32,000 nt of DNA from an archaeon (lineage in GTDB: Archaea; Iainarchaeota; Iainarchaeia; Iainarchaeales; 1-14-0-10-31-34): the NCBI GenBank assembly GCA_024277355.1, contig JAJRVL010000004.1:60001-92000 (forward strand). Direction: 5' to 3'. The position numbers were made by a program, and so were the translations under genes. Position 1 is the stretch's first letter; each line of letters begins with the position of its first letter. This document shows, piece after piece, positions 16,618-26,520 of this stretch. A model generated the notes under the pieces. That model did no database searches. It saw nothing but the letters and a program-made list of their open reading frames with translations, and was not told the origin of the DNA.

Positions 16618-17300
16618 TATTTTTTCCTCGCTTTAATTATAATGCTTAAAGACAAAGAAGGAAAAAAATCAGCTAAAATGCTTTCAATTCTTGCAAGCAA
16701 AGGAAACTCTATTTTGTCGCTTATTCTTAATAATTCAGAATTCCTTTTTTCAATTTTAAATCCTTTTTCTTTTAATTGTTTTTCAAGTAACTTAAAAGTA
16801 TAAGCTCTGATATGTCCTCCGCCTTTAGTGTAATCTAAATTCAAAGGTTTTTTTCCTATAAGCAAAAGAAACCGATTTCCAATCCAGGCAGTATTAGGCG
16901 TTGAAATAATCAAAAAACCATTTGGTTTAATTATTCTGGATAATTCTGAAACTAAAAAATCTGTATCAAAAATATGCTCTATTACTTCTCCTGCAAAAAC
17001 TGCATCAAAATAATTTGATTTAAAAGGAAAAGTTTTTTCAAAATCAAATTTAACTGAATGAATTTCTTTTTCTTTTGCATGAATTAAAGCAGAAGAAATA
17101 TCGCCTCCAAAAACATTCCATCCTAATTTTTTTAATTCAACTGAAAATTCTCCTTTAAGGCATCCTAAATCAAGTAATTTTCCTTTTTTTTCTTTACTTA
17201 ACATTACATAAATTTTCTTTAATCTTTCATTGTAATTAATATCCACAGGCAAATCCTTGTATCTTTCTCCCTGAAATTCAGATAAATTATTTTTTTGCAT
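16617..17300 (-). CDS. class I SAM-dependent methyltransferase
   Basis: KLLDLGCLKGEF (motif I variant), FDAVFAGEVIEHI, IKPNGFLIISTPN. Confidence 0.8.
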   Translation of the reverse strand: MQKNNLSEFQGERYKDLPVDINYNERLKKIYVMLSKEKKGKLLDLGCLKGEFSVELKKLGWNVFGGDISSALIHAKEKEIHSVKFDFEKTFPFKSNYFDAVFAGEVIEHIFDTDFLVSELSRIIKPNGFLIISTPNTAWIGNRFLLLIGKKPLNLDYTKGGGHIRAYTFKLLEKQLKEKGFKIEKRNSELLRISDKIEFPLLARIESILADFFPSLSLSIIIKARKK

Positions 17301-18432
17301 TAATTAACTCCTCAAAAAATTTAATGTAATAACGAGCAATAATTTTCCATGAAAACTCTTTTTTAACTTTATTTAATCCGTTTTCTCCAAGAGTTTCAGC
17401 TTTTAAAGGATTATCTAATAAAAAAGAAATTGATTTAACTAATTCTGATTCTTTTTTTGGATTAATTTTTATTCCAACAGAATCATCAATTATTTCTTTT
17501 AATCCGCCTACATCTGAAACAATTACAGGTTTTTTGCAGGCCATTGCCTCTAAAGTTGAAACAGAAACCGGTTCAAACAAAGAAGGCAGAACATAAACTG
17601 AACATGCATTAAGCAAAGCAATTTTTTCTTTTTCTTTAATCCATCCTAAAAATTTAACATTATTAAGTTTTTTGTTTTTAATAAATTCTTTTACTTTTTT
17701 TTCTTCTGGTCCTTTTCCTGCCATTAAAAAAACATAGTTTTTGTTTTTTAGTTTCTCTGCTGTCTTAAGGAAAAGAAAAGGATTTTTTTGTAATTCAATT
17801 CTTGCTAAAAATAAAACAATTTTTTTATTAAATTTTAATTTAATTTTTTCTAATTCGTTTTTTTCTGCAGTAAATTTTTCAGGAAAAATTCCATTGTTAA
17901 TTACAGTTGATTTAACTTTAAGAAAATTCATTGCTTTTTTTTGTTCTGTTTTATTTAAAAAAATTATTCCATCTGCTTTATTCATTCCAATTCTTTGAAA
18001 AAAAGCATCAATTATTTTAGCAAATTTTAGCTGTCTTGGAACCGGAATAAAACCAAATTTTAAGAAAAAATCTCCAATTAAAGGAGTAAATTTTGCTCTT
18101 TCAGTGAAATTATCATGAATTATTGCTGTTTTTGGAATACTCCAGTTTAAGAAAAACAGTGTTTCAGCCATAGATGAAAGAACTAAATCAAATTCTTTTT
18201 CATTAATTTGATCTGAAACGGCTTTTCCAAATAAAAAACGATTAATAAAACCAAAAGGATAATCAATTAATTTTAATTGATTAATTTTAATGCATTTAAA
18301 ATCCAAAAATTTTCCTGTTAAATTTGCTACTGTAATTTCATTTCCCTGACTTCTTAATTCCTGAATTAATTCAAAATATGCTGGAGAAACAATTTCATTT
18401 ATTCCTTCCCTAATTAAATAAAGAATTTTCAT
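17287..18432 (-). CDS. glycosyltransferase, GT4 (GT-B) family
   Basis: VLFLARIELQKN, FEPVSVSTLEAMACKKPVIVSDVGGLKEII. Confidence 0.8.
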   Translation of the reverse strand: MKILYLIREGINEIVSPAYFELIQELRSQGNEITVANLTGKFLDFKCIKINQLKLIDYPFGFINRFLFGKAVSDQINEKEFDLVLSSMAETLFFLNWSIPKTAIIHDNFTERAKFTPLIGDFFLKFGFIPVPRQLKFAKIIDAFFQRIGMNKADGIIFLNKTEQKKAMNFLKVKSTVINNGIFPEKFTAEKNELEKIKLKFNKKIVLFLARIELQKNPFLFLKTAEKLKNKNYVFLMAGKGPEEKKVKEFIKNKKLNNVKFLGWIKEKEKIALLNACSVYVLPSLFEPVSVSTLEAMACKKPVIVSDVGGLKEIIDDSVGIKINPKKESELVKSISFLLDNPLKAETLGENGLNKVKKEFSWKIIARYYIKFFEELINAKK

Positions 18433-18433
18433 T

Positions 18434-19321
18434 TTATTTACCTGAATTAATAAACGAAATTACTTTATTTAATCCTTCTTCTAAAGAAGTATTACACGTA
18501 TAACCAATTAATTCATTTAAATAATTTGAATCAAAAGCCATTCTTTCTCCTTCTAATTCACTTAAACCTGCAGGAAAATTATCTTTTATTATTTCTGATT
18601 TTGAGTTAGTTAATTTTTTTATTAATTTAGCTAAATTAATTATGCTTGTTTTTGTTCCAGTTCCAATATTTACTGCCTTTGAATAAGTGTTTTCAGAAAA
18701 TGCAGTTAAAATTGTTGCATGAGCTGCATCATCAACAAAAGTAAAATCTCTTTCCTGTTTTCCATTTCCATAAACAACTAAAGGTTTTCCTTCAATTGCA
18801 CTCTCAACAAAATAAGGAACCGCCATTGCATTTTTTTGTTCTTCTCCATAAACATTATAATATCTTACAATTGAATAACCTAAATTATTTTCTTTATGAA
18901 ATTCTTCAATATAATATTCTCCCATTAATTTTGCTGCAACATAAGAAAAAAAAGAATTTGAATGAATTTTAGAAAACGAAAAAGATTCCCTGAATTTTCT
19001 GCTTAAAAGAGTAGTTGAAGGATAAATCACTTTTTTTACATTATTTTTCAACGAATAATTTAACACATTATATAATCCGGTTAATTCAGTATGAACTAAT
19101 TTAATAGGATTAGTTATTTTGTAATTTCCTCCCGCAGAAGCAAAATGAAAAACAAAATCAAATTTTCCAATTGAATCAATCCAGCCTTTTTCTGTTACAT
19201 CAAAAGCTGCATCAGATCCTGATTCAGTATCCAAAGAAATAACTTTATGATCTATTGAAAGCAAAGAAACAATTTTTGAACCAATAAAACCATTTCCGCC
19301 TGTAACAAGAATTTTAGACAT
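18434..19321 (-). CDS. NAD-dependent nucleotide-sugar epimerase/dehydratase (extended SDR)
   Basis: Rossmann motif ILVTGGNGFIGS and catalytic YxxxK (YVAAKLMGE). The 295-aa size fits this family. Substrate specificity cannot be called. Confidence 0.85.
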   Translation of the reverse strand: MSKILVTGGNGFIGSKIVSLLSIDHKVISLDTESGSDAAFDVTEKGWIDSIGKFDFVFHFASAGGNYKITNPIKLVHTELTGLYNVLNYSLKNNVKKVIYPSTTLLSRKFRESFSFSKIHSNSFFSYVAAKLMGEYYIEEFHKENNLGYSIVRYYNVYGEEQKNAMAVPYFVESAIEGKPLVVYGNGKQERDFTFVDDAAHATILTAFSENTYSKAVNIGTGTKTSIINLAKLIKKLTNSKSEIIKDNFPAGLSELEGERMAFDSNYLNELIGYTCNTSLEEGLNKVISFINSGK

Positions 19322-19382
19322 AAATAACTAATTCTAAAAAACAATAAAAGCTTTTTCTTTTTTTCAATATAAATAAAAAAGT

Positions 19383-19393
19383 ATTAAATATTA
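19383..19393 (+). promoter_or_regulatory. TATA-like box (ATTAAATATTA) upstream of GT4 gene 19423
   Basis: About 35 nt upstream of ATG 19423, in a 101-nt divergent intergenic region. A second A/T box, CAATATAAATAAAAAAG (19365-19381), could serve the opposite strand. Confidence 0.3.
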
Positions 19394-19422
19394 TTAAAAC
19401 CCTTTAATTTATTGATAATTAA

Positions 19423-20541
19423 ATGAAAATAGGAATTATTTCACAAGGGTTTCCTCCAGACAAATACAGCGGGGGAATAGGAAGATATTATTCTGAATTA
19501 ATTGAAGAATTAAAGAATAAAACAGAAGAAATCCATGTATTTACTTCAATTAAAAAAAAAAATTACGAAAATGTTTTTTTTCATTTAATTAAACAGGAAC
19601 ACAAATTTCTTTTTCCTTTAGATAACTATTTGAATTTAATTAACCACAGCAAAAAAGTTTATGAAAAAATAATTAAATACAAAAATAAAATTAACTTAGT
19701 TGAAGCACCAATTGGAACATTAGAAGGATATTATTTTTCTAAACGCAAATTTATTCCATTAATTACTTCAACTCAGACTCCTATCTCAGAAGTATTAACA
19801 AAAAAGACACTTTTTTTAGATAAAAAATTAGTTTATAAAACAGAAAGAAAAACAATTGAAAATTCTAATGCAATAGTAACTGCAACAAATTACTCAAAAG
19901 AAAGCATAATAAAAAAATATTTTAATTCAAATCATTCAAATATTAATTTAATCAATCAGGGAATAAACACAAATAAATTCATTCCAATAAAAACAGAAAA
20001 ATCAGATGAAATAACTCTTTTGTTTGCAGGAAGAATTGATTCAAGAAAAGGATTACAAGTATTACTTAATGCTTTTCCTTTAATAAAACAAAAAACAAAA
20101 ATTCTTGTTGCAGGAGAAAAAATAAATCCTCAAAATTTATTTCACAAACAAATATTGAATTTAATTAAAAAAAATTCAGTTAATATTGAATTTTTAGGTT
20201 TTCAATCAGAACAAAAATTAATTGAATTATATAATAAATCTGATTTAATTATTGAACCTTCTTTTTCTGAGTCAGCCTGCTATGTCTTAATTGAAGCAAT
20301 GTCTTGTCAAAAAACAGTTATTACTTCTAATGCAGGAGGAATGAAAGAAATTGCATTAAAAGAACTTCAATTTAAATCAGGAAATCATTTTGAACTAGCA
20401 GAAAAAATAAATTTTTTCCTTGAAAATAAAACTAAAAGGAAAAAACTTGAATTAAAATCAAGACAAAAAATTATTGAACAATATAACATCAAAAACAGCA
20501 TTAAAAAATACATTGAATTATATTCAAGTTTAATTCCCTGA
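19423..20541 (+). CDS. glycosyltransferase, GT4 (GT-B) family
   Basis: GGIGRY, LLFAGRIDSRKG, SESACYVLIEAMSCQKTVITSNAGGMKEI. Confidence 0.8.
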   Translation: MKIGIISQGFPPDKYSGGIGRYYSELIEELKNKTEEIHVFTSIKKKNYENVFFHLIKQEHKFLFPLDNYLNLINHSKKVYEKIIKYKNKINLVEAPIGTLEGYYFSKRKFIPLITSTQTPISEVLTKKTLFLDKKLVYKTERKTIENSNAIVTATNYSKESIIKKYFNSNHSNINLINQGINTNKFIPIKTEKSDEITLLFAGRIDSRKGLQVLLNAFPLIKQKTKILVAGEKINPQNLFHKQILNLIKKNSVNIEFLGFQSEQKLIELYNKSDLIIEPSFSESACYVLIEAMSCQKTVITSNAGGMKEIALKELQFKSGNHFELAEKINFFLENKTKRKKLELKSRQKIIEQYNIKNSIKKYIELYSSLIP

Positions 20542-20548
20542 AAATAAT

Positions 20549-21403
20549 TTAATTCTTTAATAAAAATTTTTTTGTTCCGGAAACTCTTGAAACAAAAACA
20601 AGATAAGAAAGTCTAAATAAGTCAAAAAAAGAAATTTTTTTTTTAGTGAAAAAAATAATTAAATCTTTTAATTCATTTAACAGAACAGGAAAATCATTAA
20701 ATACAAGCAAAGGAAAAAAGAAAAAAGAATTAAAATTCTTTAAAGCAAAATAATATTTAAATTTAATAAACTCAAAATTATTTCCATATTTAATATTTTT
20801 ATTAAGAAAATGATGAACTATTGCTTTTTCATTTACTTTAATCTTTAATTTTTTTTTATGGATTCTTGCTGAAAGATCTATTTCTTCAAAAAAATAAGGA
20901 AAACTTTCATCAAAAAAATTAACTTTTTCTAATGCTTTTCTGGTAAAAGCCATATTACAGCCATGCACACTAATAAAATCATTTTTTTTCAGTTTCTCTG
21001 AATTAATTTTAATTCTTCCAAATTTATTACAAATCCATAAAACATGCTGTTTTGGTTTATCAAAATATTCAATGCTTTTCCCTGAAATTGCTGAAGTATT
21101 TAAATCAAAAGCTAACACAATTTCTTTAAGCCAGTTTTTTTCCACAATACAATCATCATCAGTAAAAGCAATTATTTCTCCTGAAGAATTTTTTATTCCT
21201 GTATTTCTTGCAGCAGCTAAACCTTTATGTTTTTGCTTAATTAACTTAAATCCTTTTTTAGGTATTTCTGATTTTCCTCCATCATCAACTACAATTAATT
21301 CAAAATTACTGTAATCAGAATTTAAAACAGAGTCAATTGCTTTCTGCAGTGAATTTCTTTTTTTGTAAGTACAGATTACAACAGAAACAAAAGGATTATT
21401 CAT
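20549..21403 (-). CDS. glycosyltransferase family 2
   Basis: SVVICTYKKRNSL, VVDDGG, AAARNTGI, FTDDDC (DxD). Confidence 0.8.
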   Translation of the reverse strand: MNNPFVSVVICTYKKRNSLQKAIDSVLNSDYSNFELIVVDDGGKSEIPKKGFKLIKQKHKGLAAARNTGIKNSSGEIIAFTDDDCIVEKNWLKEIVLAFDLNTSAISGKSIEYFDKPKQHVLWICNKFGRIKINSEKLKKNDFISVHGCNMAFTRKALEKVNFFDESFPYFFEEIDLSARIHKKKLKIKVNEKAIVHHFLNKNIKYGNNFEFIKFKYYFALKNFNSFFFFPLLVFNDFPVLLNELKDLIIFFTKKKISFFDLFRLSYLVFVSRVSGTKKFLLKN

Positions 21404-22539
21404 TTAATCACTGAATTTTTAATGAATTTTTCAAGCAAATTAATGTTTTTTTCTAAATCAAGTTTTTCTAAAGCAATATTTCTTGCAATGCCTGATAAAT
21501 TATTTAATTCCTGTTTAGAAATTTTTTTTGTTTTTTCAAAATTTATTCCGGCTTTTCCCGCCTGACTTAACGGACCGTCCATTAAAGGAACTAATACAGG
21601 CAAACCTGAAGAAAGATATTCAGATATTTTCATCATATAACTTGCATCAGCAAAAACTGCATTAAACTTCTTTAAATAAACTCCTCCGTCAAAAAAAGGA
21701 AGTGATTCAACTAATTCTTTATGAGAAAATTTCCCTAAAAAAACAATTTTTTCTTTTAAATTTCTTTTAGTTATTTCTTTAATAAATTCATCTGAAAGAA
21801 TTCCTTTAGAAGAAATAATATATAAAACACAATTGTTGTTTTCAAGAAAAGGAAAAAAAGAATTAAAATCCTGTAAATCAACTAAACCGCTTACATAAAC
21901 TAAATTAATTTTATTTTTATCCAAATTTAATCCTGTTTTTATTTTAGTTTTTTTTGGAGTGAATTTATTTGAATCAACTGGAGAAGGAGAAAAAGCCATT
22001 GGTTTTTTTACACCCATTAAATCCAATAATTTATTTTGAACGGGACTTAAAGAAATTATTCCATTGCTTTCTTTTAATACTTTTAAATGAATTTCTTTTG
22101 TAGCTCCCATAAAAGAAGAAATAAAATTGTTTTTTTCAGTTATTCCTTCAATAAAAACAAAATAAGGGATTTTTCTTTTTTTTAATTCTTCTGTAATCTT
22201 AAGATAAAAAGTGCTTTCAATTAAAGGTTTTAAATTAAACCAAAATCCGTTACCTGCAATTGGATCTAATTTCAATATTACTGCATTAAATTTTTCTTTT
22301 TTAATTAAAAAAACAAATTTTTCAAAAGAAAAAAAGGAAGTTAAAGGAAAAGTAAATGCTTTAGTATAAAACCAAAAAGGCATTGGAGAAAAAACTTTCA
22401 TTTTATTTGAATGACCATGGCCAATAAAAAAAACTTCATCTCCTTTTTCTGCTAATCCTTCACTTAATCTTCTTAAATTAACTGATTCTCCTCTGAATAA
22501 ATCAATATTAACTCTTTCTCCAAAAAATAATAACTTCAT
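21400..22539 (-). CDS. divergent GT-B-like glycosyltransferase (canonical EX7E motif not recognisable)
   Basis: Size, operon position and the N-terminal ESVNLRRLSEGLAEKGDEV plus C-terminal ISEYLSSGLPVLVPLMDGP resemble GT4. The two catalytic-region glutamates are not in the usual spacing. Confidence 0.5.
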   Translation of the reverse strand: MKLLFFGERVNIDLFRGESVNLRRLSEGLAEKGDEVFFIGHGHSNKMKVFSPMPFWFYTKAFTFPLTSFFSFEKFVFLIKKEKFNAVILKLDPIAGNGFWFNLKPLIESTFYLKITEELKKRKIPYFVFIEGITEKNNFISSFMGATKEIHLKVLKESNGIISLSPVQNKLLDLMGVKKPMAFSPSPVDSNKFTPKKTKIKTGLNLDKNKINLVYVSGLVDLQDFNSFFPFLENNNCVLYIISSKGILSDEFIKEITKRNLKEKIVFLGKFSHKELVESLPFFDGGVYLKKFNAVFADASYMMKISEYLSSGLPVLVPLMDGPLSQAGKAGINFEKTKKISKQELNNLSGIARNIALEKLDLEKNINLLEKFIKNSVIK

Positions 22540-23633
22540 TTAATCACTTTATTAAAAAAAGCAGTATATTCTTTTATTACAGCATTAAAAGAAAATTTTT
22601 CTTCAATTGTTTTTCTTGCATTTAATCCAAAACTAATTCTTTTTTTTTCATTTTTAATTAATTCAGTTAATCTTTCTTCAAATAATCTTTGATTATTTAA
22701 TTCAACTAAAAAGCCATTTTGGTTGTCTTTAATTATTTCTTTTGTTCCTCCAACAGAAAATGCAATACAAGGAGTAAAACAAGCCATTGCTTCAATTAAA
22801 ACTAAACCAAATGATTCCATTGAAGAAGGCAGAATTAAAATTGAAGCAGAAGAAAATTCTTTAATTAAATCTTTTCTGGATAAATTCTGTTTTAAAGTAA
22901 TTTTTCTTTTAGATGATTTAACTAACTTTTGTATTTTATCTGAATAATTTTTTTCTTCTTCAGAAAAAGTTTTAGGAAAAATAAATTCAAAATTCCATCC
23001 AATAAAATCTTTTTCTGCTAATTTAATTAAAAAATCAATTCCTTTATGTTTTACTGCTCTTCCAACAAACAAAATTTTGTTTTCTTTTTTTTCTGGTTTA
23101 ACAGGGAATTCATTTAAAGAAATGAAATTAGTTTTTTTAATTATTTTTTTTGAATTCACTTCTGTTATTTCAATTACTTTTTGTTTAATTAAATCACTTG
23201 CAATTAAAACATAATCAGATTGAATTACACTAAACTTTGCTAAAAAATCATATAATTTGTTATTTGGTTTAAGCCAAGGATTATGATTAAATTCATGATA
23301 AATTAAAGGAATTCCTTTAATTTTTGAAATTAATAATCCTATAAAAATCATTGAACAACCTGAAACATAAACTCCATCAAATTTTCTGAATAATGCTTTT
23401 CTTAAAATAAATAAACTGAAAAAAAAACCATTAGTTTTTTTTGCAGGAAACCTTTCAATTACTAAATTTTTTTCTGAATTAAATTTTATTTTTGGGTTAA
23501 CAGAAAAATAAGTTATATTAAAGTCTTTTTTTAGTCCTTGAGCTAACTTAAATGACAAATATTCTATTGCGCCTCCTGTGTCAGCTGGAACTCCAATAAA
23601 TTGTGTTCCAATCATGCATAAATTTTTCTGCAT
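22536..23633 (-). CDS. glycosyltransferase, GT4 (GT-B) family
   Basis: TGGAIEY, ILFVGRAVKHKG, MESFGLVLIEAMACFTPCIAFSVGGTKEII...GFLVE. Confidence 0.85.
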   Translation of the reverse strand: MQKNLCMIGTQFIGVPADTGGAIEYLSFKLAQGLKKDFNITYFSVNPKIKFNSEKNLVIERFPAKKTNGFFFSLFILRKALFRKFDGVYVSGCSMIFIGLLISKIKGIPLIYHEFNHNPWLKPNNKLYDFLAKFSVIQSDYVLIASDLIKQKVIEITEVNSKKIIKKTNFISLNEFPVKPEKKENKILFVGRAVKHKGIDFLIKLAEKDFIGWNFEFIFPKTFSEEEKNYSDKIQKLVKSSKRKITLKQNLSRKDLIKEFSSASILILPSSMESFGLVLIEAMACFTPCIAFSVGGTKEIIKDNQNGFLVELNNQRLFEERLTELIKNEKKRISFGLNARKTIEEKFSFNAVIKEYTAFFNKVIK

Positions 23634-23651
23634 ACAATTAATTCTCCTGAA

Positions 23652-24698
23652 TTATTCCTTAAATTCAATTAATTCCTGGGCTTTAATTAAATAAACTTTT
23701 GAATATTCATTTTCATAAATTATTTTACCTATTGAACTAATTCTTGCTTTATCATCACATCTTAAATAAACATCATTTAAATAAAAATCATATGGTTTTT
23801 CTTTAATGCATGAAACAGAAAAACCAAATGCATTTGCATATTGATTTGAATTTGCTGTATTAAATATTGTTATTGGCGTTAACTTTTCTCCAATAATATT
23901 GTTTGCTGAAAATTCTAATGAAAATAATTCATTTGCTTCAGCATACTGTGAACTGCTGAATAAAGTTACTGCGCCGGCAGAAGAAAAAGCCAATAAAAGA
24001 ATTGGAATAAAATATAACGGTTTTTTATGGAAAATTAATACTATGCAGACTCCTAAAATAAATCCTGTTACTTCTAATGTTGCATGCACTCCATCTTGAA
24101 ATTGAATATGAATCAAAAATAAAATTAAAGCAAACAAAGCCATACTTAAAACAAAAATTTTTCTTTTTTTTGGAAACAAGAAAAAAGAAGCCAAAACAAG
24201 TATTCCTACTAAAGAATAATAAATTAATTTTTGCATTAATTGTTCAACTCCAAACTGATTAACATAATTATTAACAAATGGAACAAATCTTCTTACAAAA
24301 GGAATATTTTCAAATGTTTTTTCCGGAATTAACTCTTTTTTTTCTAGTTTAGTATTTACTTGTATTCCATCAAAAGGATTTGATTTAGGGTTTAAGTCTT
24401 CTTCTCTTAAAACTGTTTCTTGTTCTATTTGAACTGGAATTTCATTATTTTGATCTGAATCAATTATTGGCTTAAAGTCATCATCAAATTCAGAATAAGA
24501 ACCAGCTAAATCAAATAAATTAATCGATGTTGAATAAGTTGCTACAAGAATTCCAAATAACAAAAATATAGCTATATCAGTGTAATACGTTTTTTTTGAC
24601 GAAGCTTTCTTAAAGAAAAAAACTAAAACAAAAAAACCAAATACTGCAACAGAAATATACAGTGTTGTCAAATTAATATAAGTTATAATTAACATCAT
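23652..24698 (-). CDS. polytopic membrane protein of unknown function with acidic loop and Cys-containing C-terminal domain
   Basis: Two N-terminal TM helices, an acidic ~90-aa loop (SEFDDDFKPIIDSDQNNE...), about 4 more TM helices, then a soluble tail ending CIKEKPYDFYLNDVYLRCDDKARISSIGKIIYENEYSKVYLIK. Confidence 0.6.
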   Translation of the reverse strand: MMLIITYINLTTLYISVAVFGFFVLVFFFKKASSKKTYYTDIAIFLLFGILVATYSTSINLFDLAGSYSEFDDDFKPIIDSDQNNEIPVQIEQETVLREEDLNPKSNPFDGIQVNTKLEKKELIPEKTFENIPFVRRFVPFVNNYVNQFGVEQLMQKLIYYSLVGILVLASFFLFPKKRKIFVLSMALFALILFLIHIQFQDGVHATLEVTGFILGVCIVLIFHKKPLYFIPILLLAFSSAGAVTLFSSSQYAEANELFSLEFSANNIIGEKLTPITIFNTANSNQYANAFGFSVSCIKEKPYDFYLNDVYLRCDDKARISSIGKIIYENEYSKVYLIKAQELIEFKE

Positions 24699-24796
24699 TA
24701 CAACTAAAATTATTCTTGAATTTAACTGATTAAAATACTTTAAATAAAAATAAATAAATACAAAGAATATAACAAATTTTCCTATTGTTTGAGGGG

Positions 24797-25573
24797 CTAA
24801 ATGAATATTTTGAATTGGAAAAAAGTAATTAAAACAGGAAAAATTGCTAGTTTTTCATCTAAAAAAATTGATGAAAGCAAATAAAATGCAAGAAAAATCA
24901 TGATTAATAAAAATAACTTAAATAAAAAGAAAATATTGAATACAGTTGTTCCAAATAATTTTGCTATAATAACTAAGTAATAAAAATACACAAAGCTTAC
25001 ATTAACATAATTATTTTCTCCAAAATCTTTGTGAGTAAACTCTCCTGATTCAAGTTTTTCAAGATTATCTAATAATATTCTTTCATCCCCAATTAAAATT
25101 TGAGGCGTTAATAATGGACTTAAAGTTGCAATAAATAAAATAAACATTGAAATCCATAACAGTTTTTTTTCTCCTTTAATTAAAGAATAAACAACTGTTC
25201 CTGCAATTAATCCAAAACCTAAATAATACAGTAAATTATATTCAACTAATAACTCAAATCTCTGCCAGAAAAAAGAAAAGAAAATTAATATTCCTCCAAA
25301 CGAAACAACAAAAGGAGTTAATTTGTTTATTTTAAACATTAAATAAACTGATATTCCTGAAATTACAAGAGAAAATAAAGCTAAATAAAATCTATCTAAT
25401 ACAACAAAATTTTCTAAATGAGAATAAAAAAACAAATAAGCAAAAATATAAAGAAATAAAAATGCAGTAAAATACTTATTTGAAAAGAATTCTTGTCCTT
25501 TTTCTTCTATTTTTTTTGCTATTTCCTTTAATTTTTTTATTTTTGGATTATTTTCTGAAAACATTTTTTTCAA
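24797..25573 (-). CDS. polytopic membrane protein of unknown function (~7 TM)
   Basis: Hydrophobic segments run throughout. The start is uncertain between M1 and M4 (25573 vs 25564). It overlaps the 3' end of the upstream gene. Confidence 0.55.
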   Translation of the reverse strand: MKKMFSENNPKIKKLKEIAKKIEEKGQEFFSNKYFTAFLFLYIFAYLFFYSHLENFVVLDRFYLALFSLVISGISVYLMFKINKLTPFVVSFGGILIFFSFFWQRFELLVEYNLLYYLGFGLIAGTVVYSLIKGEKKLLWISMFILFIATLSPLLTPQILIGDERILLDNLEKLESGEFTHKDFGENNYVNVSFVYFYYLVIIAKLFGTTVFNIFFLFKLFLLIMIFLAFYLLSSIFLDEKLAIFPVLITFFQFKIFI

Positions 25574-25967
25574 TTCCTATAACTAAAGCAATTAATAAAA
25601 CTAAAATTATTCCTAAAACTAACCTGTAATCCGGCCTAATAGTCAAAGAAGTATAATATTCATCTTTTTCGGTTGTAATTTTTATTGCATAAAACCCTGC
25701 TTCAAGATTATTTGTATTTAATTCAAATTTTTTTCCTTCAGCTTTTAGTCCATTATTTTTAAAGATTGGGCAAATTTGTTTAGTGCATTTTTTCACTGAA
25801 TTTAAATTATAATAATATTCCATTTCTACTTCTGCGTTTTCTTCTAATGTTAATTCAACTTTTTCCCCTGTAAAAGAAACAAATGGTTCTAAAGTTAATG
25901 AATTAACCATAGAAGAAAACAAAATTAATGCTAATAAAATTAATATTATCTTATTCATTTTTTTCAC
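25548..25967 (-). CDS. small secreted/anchored protein (signal peptide or TM, beta-rich ectodomain, C-terminal TM)
   Basis: N-terminal MKKMNKIILILLALILFSSMVNS, a ~90-aa beta-rich region, then C-terminal LVLGIILVLLIALVIGI followed by a basic tail. Confidence 0.6.
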   Translation of the reverse strand: MKKMNKIILILLALILFSSMVNSLTLEPFVSFTGEKVELTLEENAEVEMEYYYNLNSVKKCTKQICPIFKNNGLKAEGKKFELNTNNLEAGFYAIKITTEKDEYYTSLTIRPDYRLVLGIILVLLIALVIGIEKNVFRK

Positions 25968-26365
25968 TCACTTATTATTCCTTTAATAAAATGTATTCCT
26001 AAAAAAATTACATTTGATAAAACTGAAGCCGAAATTATTGTTGTTCTGTCAAAAGGAAAATTTAATGCAGCAGTTAAAATAAAAGTAAAAAACACAATTA
26101 TCCCTATACTTAAAATTACTGATAAAACTATTGTTTCAATTACTGGAGGATTTTTTATTACCAGTCTGTAAAATAAATAACCAGGAAAAATTAATGCACC
26201 AAAAGCAGTTATTAATTCATGCAAAGGAAAAGGAAAATAAATACTTAAAACAGAAATCAGTATTATCATCAGTCCGTAATTAAATAAATTGTATTTCAGC
26301 AAAAACTGTTTTATTTGCACTGTTTTTTCTTCTATCCTGTCATAAACTGATTCTATTCCATTCAT
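25964..26365 (-). CDS. small integral membrane protein resembling the N-terminal membrane domain of archaeal DUF1616 proteins
   Basis: The pattern LIFPGYLFYRLV...P.IETIVLSVILSIGIIVFFTFILTAALNFPFDRTTI recalls the LPGYAL...ERIALSFGLSIA...LN motif block as I remember it. This needs an HMM check. Confidence 0.4.
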   Translation of the reverse strand: MNGIESVYDRIEEKTVQIKQFLLKYNLFNYGLMIILISVLSIYFPFPLHELITAFGALIFPGYLFYRLVIKNPPVIETIVLSVILSIGIIVFFTFILTAALNFPFDRTTIISASVLSNVIFLGIHFIKGIISE

Positions 26366-26386
26366 TCAAATAACAATACAATTAAA

Positions 26387-26400
26387 GTTATATAAATAAA
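26387..26400 (-). promoter_or_regulatory. TATA-like box (TTTATTTATATAAC on the - strand) upstream of the minus-strand membrane-protein/GT operon
   Basis: Centre is about 28 nt upstream of start 26365, which would imply a leaderless or very short-leader mRNA. Confidence 0.3.
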
Positions 26401-26486
26401 TTCTTGAACAGACTTTCAATTAGGAAACAAAAAAATAATCGCTATATAAGATATAATCAATCAAAAAAGCCAGTGAAACACATAAG

Positions 26487-26495
26487 ATTTAAATG
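26487..26495 (+). promoter_or_regulatory. TATA-like box (ATTTAAATG) upstream of the 505-aa membrane protein gene
   Basis: About 30 nt upstream of ATG 26521, within the largest intergenic region of the window (155 nt, divergent). Confidence 0.3.
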
Positions 26496-26520
26496 CAATA
26501 AAAGCGTTTTTTAATTCAAG

